Origin: Prasinococcaceae sp. CCMP 1430
Lineage: Eukaryota > Plantae > Prasinodermophyta
Direction of reading: 5' to 3'
NCBI GenBank assembly: GCA_013416795.1
Contig: RQSC01000014.1
Coordinates: forward strand, 295,557 to 359,556
Length of the DNA stretch: 64,000 bases
A program made the position numbers and the translations under genes. This document shows, piece after piece, positions 14,091 through 25,100 of the stretch. Position 1 is the first letter of the stretch, and each line of letters begins with the position of its first letter. Below the pieces are notes generated by a model, which worked only from the letters and a program-made list of their open reading frames with translations, had not been told where the DNA came from and did no database searches.

Positions 14091-14663
14091 TCAGACCGCG
14101 AGCGCCTCTTTCAGCGGCGACCACAGCTTGTCCATCCACGGCTCGAGCGCCTCCTCGAGGCCCTCCGCCTCGTTGCACTCGCAGCGCGACACGAATCGTG
14201 TCGCGCCGCACTTTGCGAGCTGGCCGTCCATCTGCTGGCCCACGCGGTTGCAGTCCTTCGCCGTCGTGGTCTGCCTATCCAGCAGCAAGTTCGTGTCGCC
14301 GATGGCCACGACGGCGAACTTGAGGCCGGCGAACGCACTCACGTACGGGCATTTTGTACCGCACTGCGGGTTTGGGCGCGACGTGCGCGTGCTGCAGTAG
14401 TCGCACCTGCGCGCCTTGAGCAGCTGCGAGACGCAGCGCTCCGCCTGGGGCGCCGGCGCGTTGTTCTCGTGCGTCTCGAGCACAAGCAGCGCCACGGTCG
14501 ACCCGGGCGCGCCTTCGAGCGCCTCAACGCACTTCTTGTGCTCGTCCATCGCCATCAGCGCCGCCGTGCACGAGCACTTTGCGGCCGCGCCGGCGGCGAG
14601 CTGCTTCGCCACCTCCTCGCTCGCCTCGCCGCCGTAGAGCACCACCAGCGAGCGTGCGGCCAT
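14091..14663 (-). CDS. Stand-alone flavodoxin-like protein (190 aa)
   Basis: LVVLYG, LAGLKFAVxxLGD-type motif (FAGLKFAVVAIGDTN), MDGQLAKCGATRF and LEPWMDKLW resemble the FMN domain of diflavin reductases. Confidence 0.8.
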   Translation of the reverse strand: MAARSLVVLYGGEASEEVAKQLAAGAAAKCSCTAALMAMDEHKKCVEALEGAPGSTVALLVLETHENNAPAPQAERCVSQLLKARRCDYCSTRTSRPNPQCGTKCPYVSAFAGLKFAVVAIGDTNLLLDRQTTTAKDCNRVGQQMDGQLAKCGATRFVSRCECNEAEGLEEALEPWMDKLWSPLKEALAV

Positions 14664-15181
14664 CGCGCGCGGAGGCCGCTTCGACGCGCGCGGTCCGCCG
14701 CGGAGGAGGCGCTCCCCCCCCCCAGCCCCCCGACGCGCAAGCGCACCCGCGCGCACCCCGGCGCACCCGCGCGCACCCGCGACGCCGCGCTTGTGTGGCC
14801 CTCGCTCGTCCACACCGAGCCGGCCTGCCTACCGAGCTGCTTAGCGTGCGTCCCCATTCGTCTCACCTCAAATGCATAATGTAATATAGGGTTTAATGTA
14901 CCCACGGGAGATGTCTCACACGTCAAATACGAAGAAACCGTCGCGCTCCGCCGCGGTTCCACCTCGGCGCGCGGAGGGGGGGGGGGGGAGGGGGGGAAGA
15001 AGGGGCGGCACATGCCACGCGGCATGCGAAGGTGGGGTGAGGCGAGGAGGAGGGGGTAGAGGTAGCAGGCGGCGCTCGGGCGCGCACGTGGCGGACCGCG
15101 GGTCGGGCGAGGGGTTTGGCTGTGCTGCCGCAGGCGTCTGCGGTGGCGCAGGAGCGCGGGGTGAGAGGACGCGCGGTCGCG

Positions 15182-17035
15182 ATGGGCGCGGGAGGGGAGG
15201 GTGGCGGCGACGACGACGACGGCGTGGCCGGCGGGCAGCTCTCGATTGCAGCAGTCGCAGCGGCGGCGGCGCTGCTCGCGGTGAAGGACGCGGGCACAAG
15301 CGAAGAGATTTGGGCGACTGGTCGCACGCGACGCGCGCACACGCCCGCGTTCTCCGCCGCGCTCAGCGCCCAGCGCAAGCGTCCAGCGACTGCCGGGGCA
15401 CCCGATGACGTCGACGAGGAAGAGGCGGCACTGCGCGCGGCGTACGTGCGTGGCTTTCGCGCAGCCGTGGACCCGCATCATGTTGATACCGCGTTCGAGG
15501 CCGTGAGTCGAGCGCATCGCCCCTTTCTGCTGCTCGGTGACGCTGCCTTCGCCGCGTATTGGGAGGGCAAGCACGCCGTCGTGCCGGGGCGCACGCCGCC
15601 GGCGCTGCTCGCCGAGCAGGTCAACGCCGCACAGGAGACGCAGCGACAGCCGGGCGAGCGGGAGCGAAGCGGGAAGGAGGCTGCTGCCTTCACTGAGGCC
15701 GATGCGGCCGCACTCATCACCGAGGTCGACAACTCCGACTTGCTCGTCGCCGATGGCGCGCTGGCGGACGACGACCGCGCGCACTGGCTCGCCCTCGCGC
15801 GGCGGCAGGCGGCGGGCCCAGCGCGGCTAGTGGTCGGGTCGGCGGGATCGGCGACAGGTACAGCGGCGCTCGTGGCGGCAAAGCGCGTGGCGCGGCAGGC
15901 AGCCGCAGCCATGGCGAAAGAGGCGCGCGAGGGCGCGCGCGCCGCGCGTGCGAGTGGCCGTGCGTACGCGGCTGCCAACCTGCTCGCATACACCGCTGAG
16001 GCGGAGGCGGCAGTTGCAGACATGGCGGCGGCCGCCGCCGAGCGGCGACGACAGCGTGGGCAGCCGACCACCGGTGCTGTCCTTGACGTGCGCGTCTCGG
16101 CTGCGGCAGGCGTGCGAGTGAACGTCGTCCCCGCGCCTGCGCCGTCGCTCGCGGTCACACTCGCCGCAGCCTCGAAGGGTGCCGAGGGCGTGCCCACCAT
16201 CCGCCCGTGCGCACTGCGCCTTGCGTTGTGCTTCCGTGGCATTTGCGTGTCAGCACGGCAGGCGGCGCTGCTCGTGGCGCTTTTCCCTACGAGCGAGGCC
16301 GCCGCGAGCGGGGACGCGGCCGTGCCGGTGGGCGCGTGCGACGCCGCCGCGCTTCACGAGGCGCTGGCAGGCGCAAGGCTGGATGCAGAGGGCATCACCG
16401 CGTCAGACGGTGACACTTCCTCCGTCCCGATGGTGAAGCCCGGTGCCACCGACGCTGCGGAGAGCGTCGACGCTCCAATGGCCGCCGCCGCGCGCCTGCT
16501 CGCCGCACGCAACACGTCGCTGGTGAGGGCCCTGCGCGTGCTAGACGCGACGGGGACGGGGGCAGTGTCCATGTCTGACTTCCGATACGCGCTCAAGATG
16601 GCGGGCTGCCGCTCGCTCGACAGGGCCACGATTTGTAGCGTGGCGGACGAGTTCCCTTTTCCGCCTGCGAGGCTCGCGTTGGGCAAGCCGGAACCGCGCG
16701 TGGCGTGGCCAAAGCTCGTGGCCAGCCTGGGCCCCGCGCTGGCGGCGGTGCTCGCCGAGGCGGCCGCACGGGGGCTCCCGGCGCGCCGCGCGCGCCCCGA
16801 CGATCGCACGGCGGCGATGGGTGCGCTCGCTTCCGAGGTGTTCTCCGAGGCCGTCGCTGCCGCGTTCGCGTGCGAGGCGCTCGGTAACGCGGCAGCGCCC
16901 GCAGCTGTCGAGGACGCCGTGGCTGGTTGCGGCGAGTGGGCACTTGCTCGATGCCCGGGCACCGCGCCGGGCACAATCGACGGGCCGCTCGTGGGCATGG
17001 CGCTTCTCGCAGCGGTCGAGGCGGTCGAGGGCTGA
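15182..17035 (+). CDS. Hypothetical Ala-rich protein with a C-terminal EF-hand-like motif
   Basis: Long ORF; LRVLDATGTGAVSMSDFRYALKMAG is an EF-hand-like loop; TGTAA at 17078 follows the stop. Confidence 0.6.
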   Translation: MGAGGEGGGDDDDGVAGGQLSIAAVAAAAALLAVKDAGTSEEIWATGRTRRAHTPAFSAALSAQRKRPATAGAPDDVDEEEAALRAAYVRGFRAAVDPHHVDTAFEAVSRAHRPFLLLGDAAFAAYWEGKHAVVPGRTPPALLAEQVNAAQETQRQPGERERSGKEAAAFTEADAAALITEVDNSDLLVADGALADDDRAHWLALARRQAAGPARLVVGSAGSATGTAALVAAKRVARQAAAAMAKEAREGARAARASGRAYAAANLLAYTAEAEAAVADMAAAAAERRRQRGQPTTGAVLDVRVSAAAGVRVNVVPAPAPSLAVTLAAASKGAEGVPTIRPCALRLALCFRGICVSARQAALLVALFPTSEAAASGDAAVPVGACDAAALHEALAGARLDAEGITASDGDTSSVPMVKPGATDAAESVDAPMAAAARLLAARNTSLVRALRVLDATGTGAVSMSDFRYALKMAGCRSLDRATICSVADEFPFPPARLALGKPEPRVAWPKLVASLGPALAAVLAEAAARGLPARRARPDDRTAAMGALASEVFSEAVAAAFACEALGNAAAPAAVEDAVAGCGEWALARCPGTAPGTIDGPLVGMALLAAVEAVEG

Positions 17036-17162
17036 GCTCCCTCGCCCTCTCGGGGCTCAGCGCCGTGCCGCGCTCCTTGTAATACATAATGGTTATGAGA
17101 CAACGAGTGGCGGCTGAGCGGCGCATGCCCGCGCCGCGCGTGCGTCGTGACACGCCTGCGCC

Positions 17163-17792
17163 TCAAGCCTTCTTGACATAGCGGGCGATGGCCTCCTTGC
17201 CTTTGAAGTTGCGCGCGACGCGCTCCTGCGGCACCATCTCGCACGAGATCTTCTCAAAGCCACGCGGCACGAGGAGGTCCTCGACGTGCTCCGGCGTGAG
17301 CGCGTAGGGCGGGCCGCCCTCGTGGTCGGCGATGGGAAAGACGAGCAGGACGATCTCGCCGCCCGGCGAGACTAGCTCGCTCATCTTGTCGCCCCACTTT
17401 GGCCTCCAGTCGGGGGGGATCGCGCAGAGGAAGGTGCAATCGTACACGAGCGAGTACGCGCCCTTGTGGGCGAAGAAATCGCCCACCTCGACCCGCGCCT
17501 CGCCCTTGGGCTCCGCAGAGGGGACGAACTTCCGAGCGACTTCCGCGGCCGTCTCGCTCAGCTCGAGCCCGACGACACTGCGCTCCGGGGACGCGAGCGC
17601 CGCGACCGCGTAGCCTCGGCCGCAGCCCGGCACGAGCGCCACGCCGCCCGGCAGCGGCCGGCCGCCGTCGTCGCCATCGATGAGCGCCTGCAGCGCGGGC
17701 TCCACGCGGTCGGCGTCGAACGCCTCGCCGCGCCCGAGGCCCGCCTTCCATATGCCGTCCCACCTGTCGTGCTCGCCCGGCGCGCACGCCAT
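17163..17792 (-). CDS. SAM-dependent halide/thiol methyltransferase (HOL/TPMT family)
   Basis: ALVPGCGRGY, VVGLELSETA, GDFF, YDCTFLCAIPPDWRPKW, PGGEIVLLVFPI, GGPPY are HOL/HTMT signatures. Confidence 0.9.
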   Translation of the reverse strand: MACAPGEHDRWDGIWKAGLGRGEAFDADRVEPALQALIDGDDGGRPLPGGVALVPGCGRGYAVAALASPERSVVGLELSETAAEVARKFVPSAEPKGEARVEVGDFFAHKGAYSLVYDCTFLCAIPPDWRPKWGDKMSELVSPGGEIVLLVFPIADHEGGPPYALTPEHVEDLLVPRGFEKISCEMVPQERVARNFKGKEAIARYVKKA

Positions 17793-18011
17793 CGCCTTCG
17801 CCTCCGCCCCTCTCTCACCCCTGGCCGGCCAGACCCGCGCACACCAGCACCGGTACGCGAACCCTCCCGCCCACAACCCCAGCGCTGCCGAACGCGCGCC
17901 GCCGTGCTCGCACTGCGCGGGGCGCTGCGCGCGGCGTGCGCAACGCGGCGCGACACGTTGGCGGTGTGGCATGGTGCGACGCTCGTGGGCCAGGTCGGCG
18001 CACGGGCAGCG

Positions 18012-18014
<3 letters not shown>

Positions 18015-18063
<49 letters not shown>
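18015..18063. repeat. Poly(C)49 homopolymer
   Basis: Read directly. Confidence 0.95.
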
Positions 18064-18365
18064 TGGCCCCCTTTCCCTGGGCACCGCTGCGGCGCGCGCC
18101 GCGCCTGCCGCAAGCACTGCGTGGACTTTGAGGATAGGAATAGGGTTTTGTCGCGAGTGCATTTGGGGATAGGGCGAAGGAGAGGGTTTGGATGCGCACG
18201 GAACGGAAGCGCGGATCGGCCGGCCGACCCGCCGCAGCGCGCGCTAGCGCCGCGCAGCGCGTGGGGGACCGGGCGGCGAGGGCTACCTCCGGGGCACCAC
18301 GCCGACGGGCGGGGGGCGCGCGCGCCATGCGCCACGTGGCAGGGCTGTGCGGTTTTCACAGTGAT

Positions 18366-21300
18366 TTACGTAGCGGCGTCACACGCGGCGACCACCCTAT
18401 CGCAGTAGTGTGGCGCGCGGTGCTTGTGCCTCGCCTGCTGCACGACCTCCCTGACCTGTTTGGGCTTGCGGCGGGCGGCGGCCTCGAGCACGCGGCACGC
18501 CGCCTCTTGCATGCGCGCGTCGGGGTCGTCCATGTGCACGACCACGCCCGCCGCGCAGTACTCAGAGTTGGCGTCGCAGTAGTCGGCCGGCGTGGCCTCC
18601 CAAAACGCCACGAGCGCCGCGCAGGCAGCCATTCGCACATCGTCCGACGCGTCGTCGAGTCGCTTCAGCAGCTCAGGGTAGACTTTGCGGCGCAGATCAT
18701 CGGTGAGCCCGGCGGCGCCTGTGAGTTGCAGCATCGCCGAGATGCACTGCGCGGCAGCCAGACGCGTGTCGGAGTAGTAGTGCTCGTCGAGCGCGCCCTG
18801 TAGCGCCCCCCACAACTCCGAGTTGCCAGCATCGGCGGTGAGCAGCTCGGCCAGCGCGCGTGCGTCGCACGTAGGGCTCGCAACGAGGCGCGCGATCGCG
18901 GCCACGGCTGCGTAGCGCACCGCGGCAGCCGAGCGCCCCACCGCCCACTGCGCGCTCGGCAGGCATAGCTCGCGCAGCACGCGGCGTGTGAGCACGCCGA
19001 AGGCTGGCGCGGCAGCACCCGCCAGCAGACGCTCCAGCAGCTGCAACAGCGACAGGCGCAGACCAGCGTCGCGTTCCTTCTCCAGCGCCCGCGCCAGCGC
19101 GTCCACCACCGCCGGCACATGCGGCGAGAGCGCCGCATGCGCCGCGCAGCCCTCCACCAACGCCACGAACGACTCCGCCTCGGGCGCGCCACCCGACCAA
19201 AGCGCGGCCGTGCCGATGGCCTCTGAGAGCAGCGGTGCCGCGTGCGACAGGTACAGTTCCGTGAGCGCCGCCTCGCCCTCGCCCTCGGTAGCGGATGCCG
19301 CCTCCATCCCACGCCAAGCCAGAGCGAGCGAGCGCATTGTAGTGGTTGCGGTACGCCTTGCAGAGGCAGGGACCGCTTCGCTGTCGGCCGACGCATTGGC
19401 GACCCCCACCAGCGCGCGGAAGAGAGCTACTGTGGTCGCCTCGGCGCCCCCGCTCGAGTTGGCATCGCTCGAGTCGAAGGCGTGCGGCGCGGCGGCCACC
19501 AGCGCGGCCGCAGCTGCGGAGAGCTGCGTGCGCACTCCGGCGTGCTCAGAACAGCGCATGTCCTCGGCGGCGAGGGTGGTGGCAATTGCGGAGACCTCAG
19601 TGGCACCCACCGCACGTGCACTCCCACGAGCGGGCGCCGCGCGCAGCAGCGCTGCGACCACCACGAGCGCGCTCGCACGCTGCGCTGGTGCCGCGCGTTC
19701 GCCCGCCGCCAGTTCGGTGGCCAGCGGCACCCATGCGTGCGGAGCGCAGACGGCACCCACCGCCTCCGCAGCCGCCGCCACTGCCGCGGCCACAGCCGCA
19801 TCGTCGTCCGCCACCGCGCTTGCGAGCGCGGGCACCACAGTGTCAAGGTGGGCCTCGAGCGCTTTCCCAGCGCACGCTGCGCACGCACGCAGCAGCCGCG
19901 CACCGCACAGCCGCGCGGTTGGTGTCCACTCGCGCAGCTGCGCGAGGGCATCGTCCACTAGCGCGCGCAGCACGGAGCGGACCAGCGTGCGCAGCACAGG
20001 ACGAGCGGTGGGTGGCTCGCCCTCAACTAGAGGCAGCCAGCTCTCCGCGCCCTCGTCGACCCCGCTCTGCTGCTGCTCGCTGTCCTCGCCCGCGTCGGCC
20101 ATCGCGGCGTCAGTCTCGTCACCAGCGGCCGCCTCGGCGGCCGTGTCGAGGTCCATCCCCTGCACGCCAGCCACGGCATCAGGCAGGCTCGCCACCGCAC
20201 CTCCGACACCATCAAGGAGTGCCAGCGCGCGCACACGGACCGTTTCTGCCTCGTCCGAGAGAGCCAACAGTAGGCTGGGTAGCAGCAGTGGCAGCAACGC
20301 CGCCGCGTCCGCGCGCGAGAGCTCGTGGCGCAACGTGGCCGCGGATGCCTCCACGCCCATCGGCACCAGCACGTCCGCGTCCGGCGCGTGACCCATCCAC
20401 GCGGCGGCGGCGACGATTGCGCATTCGCGCACGGCGGGCGAACGATCGGCGCCCAACGCGCGCACGGCGGCCGACGCGCCCCCGGTGAGGCTTGCGGCAG
20501 CCGGGCTTACGCCGGGCGCGGCGCCCTTCGCGTCATTCTTGGCGCTGCCGTTCCCCTGAACGATGGCGAGCGCCGCCGGCGCGGTGCCCGCTGAGGAAAT
20601 GGCGCAGTGGGTCGCCTGCAGCGCTGCCACACGCACGCGCGAGTGCTGGTGCCCCAGCGCACTCAGTGCCGCGGCCGCCACAGCTGCTGCGCTGTGCGCC
20701 GCCGGCCCCGGGGCACGCGCGGCCACGCCCGCCGAGAGCGCGCATGCCGCCTTCTTGACATCGGGGAAGTGGTCCGACATGCAGCGGCGCGCGATGAGCA
20801 GCAGATCGTCGACGAAGGGCTCAATCTGTGCCACGTCGCAGCGCTCGAGCACGGGCCCGCCGAAAGCTCGCACGAGCCCAAGCCTCAGCTCCTCACTGGG
20901 TTCGAGCGCGTCGCGCTTGAGCGCCGCGGCGCTGAGGCTTCCGTCGGCTCCCGCGGTCTGCGGTGCGTGCGCGAGCGGCGGCGCGAGCCTCGCCTTGGCA
21001 ACCGGCACGAGCGTGGGCAAAACGCTCTCTGCGGGCGACTCCGCCCGCCGCAGGGCCGCCTCGATCACCTCGAAGGCGCCCACACGCACGCTCTCGACGC
21101 TGTCCTCGAGTAGAGCGCGCGTCAGAGGCTGCGCGAGCGTCGATCTGTACACCTCGGCGAACATCGCTGGTGACACGCCGGCATCCTCAGTCACGAAGGC
21201 GGCGCGTAGCGTTGCTGCACCGCGCTTGCGCGCCGCGCGCTCCGCCGACGCATCCGCCAGGCAGTTGGCCGAGCGCACGACCGCCTGCCGCAGCGCAGCT

Positions 21301-21671
21301 GCGTCACCTGCTGCTGCTGCGGCGGCCACCGCTGCTGCGACGCCCGAAGCGGCGCAGGCGTCCTCCTGCTGCCTCGCCGCCTGCTTGGGCGCCGGCTGCG
21401 CTGTCGCCGCGGTTGCTTTTTCGTCGGCGCTAGGTGCTCGGAGGCCACCGATTACCGCCGGAGCCGCGCCCGCGCCCGCCGCGCCCGCGCCTGGCGCCGC
21501 GGGCGCTGCAGAGCGCTGCAGGCCCGCATACGGCGCGCCCGGCGCGGCCGCGCGTGCGGCGGTGCCTGGCGCGCTGTACGAGACGAACCCGCCGGTGGCG
21601 CCCGCCTTGGGCCGGGGCTGCTGCGACTTTAGCGCCGCCCAGATCGCCGACACGTCCTTCTTCCCGTCCAT
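18366..21671 (-). CDS. DNAAF5: HEAT-repeat protein, dynein axonemal assembly factor 5 (HEATR2)-like
   Basis: EPSEELRL, DHFPDVKK, HQHSRVRVA, DRSPAVR, VYPELLKRLDDASDDVR, HMDDPDARMQEA. Confidence 0.78.
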   Translation of the reverse strand: MDGKKDVSAIWAALKSQQPRPKAGATGGFVSYSAPGTAARAAAPGAPYAGLQRSAAPAAPGAGAAGAGAAPAVIGGLRAPSADEKATAATAQPAPKQAARQQEDACAASGVAAAVAAAAAAGDAAALRQAVVRSANCLADASAERAARKRGAATLRAAFVTEDAGVSPAMFAEVYRSTLAQPLTRALLEDSVESVRVGAFEVIEAALRRAESPAESVLPTLVPVAKARLAPPLAHAPQTAGADGSLSAAALKRDALEPSEELRLGLVRAFGGPVLERCDVAQIEPFVDDLLLIARRCMSDHFPDVKKAACALSAGVAARAPGPAAHSAAAVAAAALSALGHQHSRVRVAALQATHCAISSAGTAPAALAIVQGNGSAKNDAKGAAPGVSPAAASLTGGASAAVRALGADRSPAVRECAIVAAAAWMGHAPDADVLVPMGVEASAATLRHELSRADAAALLPLLLPSLLLALSDEAETVRVRALALLDGVGGAVASLPDAVAGVQGMDLDTAAEAAAGDETDAAMADAGEDSEQQQSGVDEGAESWLPLVEGEPPTARPVLRTLVRSVLRALVDDALAQLREWTPTARLCGARLLRACAACAGKALEAHLDTVVPALASAVADDDAAVAAAVAAAAEAVGAVCAPHAWVPLATELAAGERAAPAQRASALVVVAALLRAAPARGSARAVGATEVSAIATTLAAEDMRCSEHAGVRTQLSAAAAALVAAAPHAFDSSDANSSGGAEATTVALFRALVGVANASADSEAVPASARRTATTTMRSLALAWRGMEAASATEGEGEAALTELYLSHAAPLLSEAIGTAALWSGGAPEAESFVALVEGCAAHAALSPHVPAVVDALARALEKERDAGLRLSLLQLLERLLAGAAAPAFGVLTRRVLRELCLPSAQWAVGRSAAAVRYAAVAAIARLVASPTCDARALAELLTADAGNSELWGALQGALDEHYYSDTRLAAAQCISAMLQLTGAAGLTDDLRRKVYPELLKRLDDASDDVRMAACAALVAFWEATPADYCDANSEYCAAGVVVHMDDPDARMQEAACRVLEAAARRKPKQVREVVQQARHKHRAPHYCDRVVAACDAAT

Positions 21672-22005
21672 CGCGTCCAAGGACCTCTATCTCTCGCCTT
21701 CCCCCACTCCCACCCACCCACCCACCCACCCANGGGCTCCGACCTCGGCAAGGCGCTGTCGGAGGACTACATCGACGCCGCCTACTCGGCGGCGGAGGGC
21801 GCCGTCGACTATGCATACGGGGACATCGAGCTCGACTACGAGGTCAAGGAGTCGCTCGCGCCCATCAAGGACGACGAGGACGAGAAGCGCAGCCAGGCGT
21901 CGCCGCCGCCGCGCGCGGCGTCGCCCCCGCCGCCCCCGCCGCCGATCGTCAGGAAGGAGTCCCCGCCGCCGCCCGGAGCGGCAGCGGCGTCGCCACCGCC
22001 ACCAC

Positions 22006-22075
22006 AGAGCGGGCACGGCGGGGACGGCGATCATCACAGGAGAGCGGGCACGGCGGGGACGGCGATCATCACAGG
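22006..22075. repeat. Perfect 35-bp tandem duplication
   Basis: AGAGCGGGCACGGCGGGGACGGCGATCATCACAGG at 22006-22040 and 22041-22075. Confidence 0.95.
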
Positions 22076-22117
22076 CACGGCGGCGGTAGCGGCCGCGCGG
22101 CCGCGGCCAACCCGGGC

Positions 22118-25100
22118 ATGGAGGCGTTCTGGGAGCTCGCGAGCGTGCACGCCTCGGACCGCGCTGCGGCGGTGCGCGTGCTAGCGGCGGCGACACCCTC
22201 CCTCGTCGACAGCACGTACACGCGCCGCCGGCTGTGCCGCGGCCTCGGGTCGGGCCGCGGCGGCGCACGACAAGGCTTTGCAGCAGCGCTCGCGCACCTC
22301 GTCGCCGACAGGGCCGGCTCGGACAGCGACTGGACGCCCGCGGCGGTCTTAGACGAGATGGACTCGGCGCTGGAGATCTCCGGCGGAATGAAGGGCCCGG
22401 AGGTCCGCGACGCGCTCATCGGGCGCGTGTTCGGCTTCGCGGCGCTCGCCCGTGCGCACGCGGCCGGTGCCGCGATGGGCGCAGACGCGTGGGCGCCGCG
22501 CTGCGTGGCGGGCCTCGTCGAGTGCTACCATGCCAAGGCGTTCCTGCGTGAGGCGGCCGTGGACGCCCTTCTGGCTGTCGCGGGCGCGCTAGACGACGCG
22601 GAGCTCGCGCGCCACGTGTGCGCGCACGAGGGCTTCGCTGCACTGCTGTGCGCACCCGCGGAGGAGCTCTCCGCCGAGGCGCTGCTGCTCGTCGTCCGGC
22701 TGCGCGCGCGGCTGCCGGCGGAGCTGCGCGCGCGCGTGGAGGTGCTCTCGCGGGACGCCGACGGTGGGGCGTGCGCGTCGAGCGACGACGCGCTCTTCGG
22801 CTCGGCGGCGGCCGTAGCTCGGCTCGTGCCTGCGCTTAGGGACGGCACGCGCGCGCACCCGCGGCTGCACTCGGTGTGGGGGGCGCTGCGCGAGGCGCTG
22901 CTACCTGACGGTGGCGACGACGAGAGCGCCGCGACGGAAGCGCGCCTGTGCACTTTCTGGCGTGCAGCAGTGGACAAGGGCCTTTGCGAGTCCAGCGGTG
23001 AGCGCCGCTACGCGGCGCTGAGCCTCGCGGTCGCATGGATGCCCGCCGTGCCGCCGCGCGCGCTGCTACGCACGGCGCTCTCGCGTGACGTGCTGGCGAC
23101 GGTCGTGGCGGGCATTGGCAGCGGCAAAAAGGGCAAGGGCGAGGGTGACAACCTCCTCACCAAAGCCGCCAAGGAGTGCCTGTCCTCCATCGTGGCCTTC
23201 GCGAGCTCGGCGGAGGGGCGCGCGCGCGGCGTCGGCGCGAGCCTCGCGCTTGGCCTGTTGCAGCACGCCGATGCGGGCGCGAAGCTGCTCGTGCGCGGCA
23301 GCGCGGTGGCGACTCTCGTCGACGAGCTCGACGAGGACGGCGTGGCGCAGTACGTAGACCAGCTTGAGGCCGATTTCCTCACGCCCAGCGTGGACGCGGC
23401 GGCCGATGCCGACGAAGATGAGACGGGCGTGCAGGGGGCGGAGACAGCAGAGGCGCGGGCGAACGCTGCCGCCCATGAGCACCGCTCCTGGGCGCTCACG
23501 CAGATGTGTGGCACGCACCGCCTGCCACAGCTGCCACGCTCGGCCCGCGCCGCGCTGCGCGCGCGCTCGGCGCGCTTTTTGGCGACGCACGCCTTCTTTG
23601 TGGCCAAGCCCTCCGCCAAGGGGGACAAGACGCCCTCGAAGCGGTCCAGAGGCGCCGCCAAGAAGACGGCGGCGGTCGCAACGCCGGCGCTGGTCGACAC
23701 AACGCGCGCGCTCGCGGCCGCGCGCCTAATGTCCCTGCTTGCGGATTCGCTCAAGGAGCGACCGGAGGCGGGCGCTGATGGGGCCGGCAGCGAGGGCAGG
23801 GACGCGCCGGTGGCGATGAGCACCGCGACGCTCGATGCTGTATGTGCTCACGTGGACGAGTGCGAGGCGTCGCGCGAGTGGGAGCTCGCCGCCGAAATCA
23901 GTGAGGGTGTGGCGACGGCCCGCGCGACTCTCGCGGCGGCGCCAGGCGCGATGGCGCTGGAGGCTCCGGCGGGTGCGGGTGCAGGCGAGGGCGCAACGCG
24001 CGCGGCGGCGCGCGCGCTCATGAGCGCATTGCGCCTGTCGCTGCTCGCGCCTGACGCCGAGCACGCCGATGCATCTGAGGACCTTGTCTCCGCCCTCACC
24101 AAACTCTTTCCTGCGCCCACTAAGGCCAAGAAGACGCCTGCGAAAAAGTCGAAGAAGGCTGCTTCCGCTGACGCGGCAGAGGAAGAGCCGGAGCCGATGG
24201 ATGTGCTTGTCGACGTCGTGCTCGCGGTCGAAGCGTCACCCTCGCCCCTTCTGCGTCCCCTGGCAGAGACGCTGTTCCGCGGCACGTGTGCGCGCGTCTC
24301 TCAAACCGGCCTCGCGGACATTGTGCGCGTTGTGACCACCGAATCAAACACTGCCACCGCTGCGGGTGACGATGACGGCGTGCTCGTTGAAGGTGACAGT
24401 GACGACGAGGGGAGCGACGAGGACGATTACGACGATGATATGGAAAGCGACGAGGAAAGCGATGAGGGCGGTGACGGGGCGGGCGTCTTCGGCGTGGCGG
24501 GTGGCGCGGCGGCGCGCTCGCGAGGCAGCGTGGGTGCCCAGAGCAGTGACGACGAAAGCGACGGGAGTGGCTCCGGCTCGGAATCGGAATCAGAGGAGGA
24601 CGGCATGGACATGGATGATGCCGCCATGTTCCGCACCGACAAGGCGCTGTCCGCGCACCTTTCACTCGTGCGCGAGCGTGCGCGCGCGCGCCGTGAGGCC
24701 ACACAGGCCCTGGAGCACTTCCGCTCACGTGCGTGCGGCCTGCTCGAGGCGTGCGCTGGGCGGCGACCGTGTCCCGCGCACGCATTCGTCGACGTCGTGC
24801 CCCAGCTGCTCGCACTGGTCTCGAAGGCTGTTGTGACGTCAAAGGGAGCAGCTACTGACGCAAGCAGGGGGTCGCAGGCGCAGCTCACCGCGCTCGGCTC
24901 GCGCGTGGCTGGCCTACTCAAGCGTCTCTCAAGCGCCGACGTGGCGCGCGGCGAAGCCGGCGAAGCCGCGGCTCTGGGCGACGCCGCTGCCGCGGCGTTG
25001 GCGAAGGTGCTCTCGCGCTCCCGCAAGCAGAGCAAGGCACCGCCCGCGGCGATGGCGGGTGCGTGCGGGGGTGCGGCACAGTTCCTTTTACGCTGTGTGA

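Noticed and set aside
22006-22075. CRISPR-like 35-bp repeat
   Set aside because: Two abutting copies, no spacers, no cas genes, eukaryotic context.
21434-22117. N-terminal extension of MYBBP1A
   Set aside because: It crosses an N join, the antisense DNAAF5 start and an unrelated fragment; homology starts at MEAFWEL (22118).
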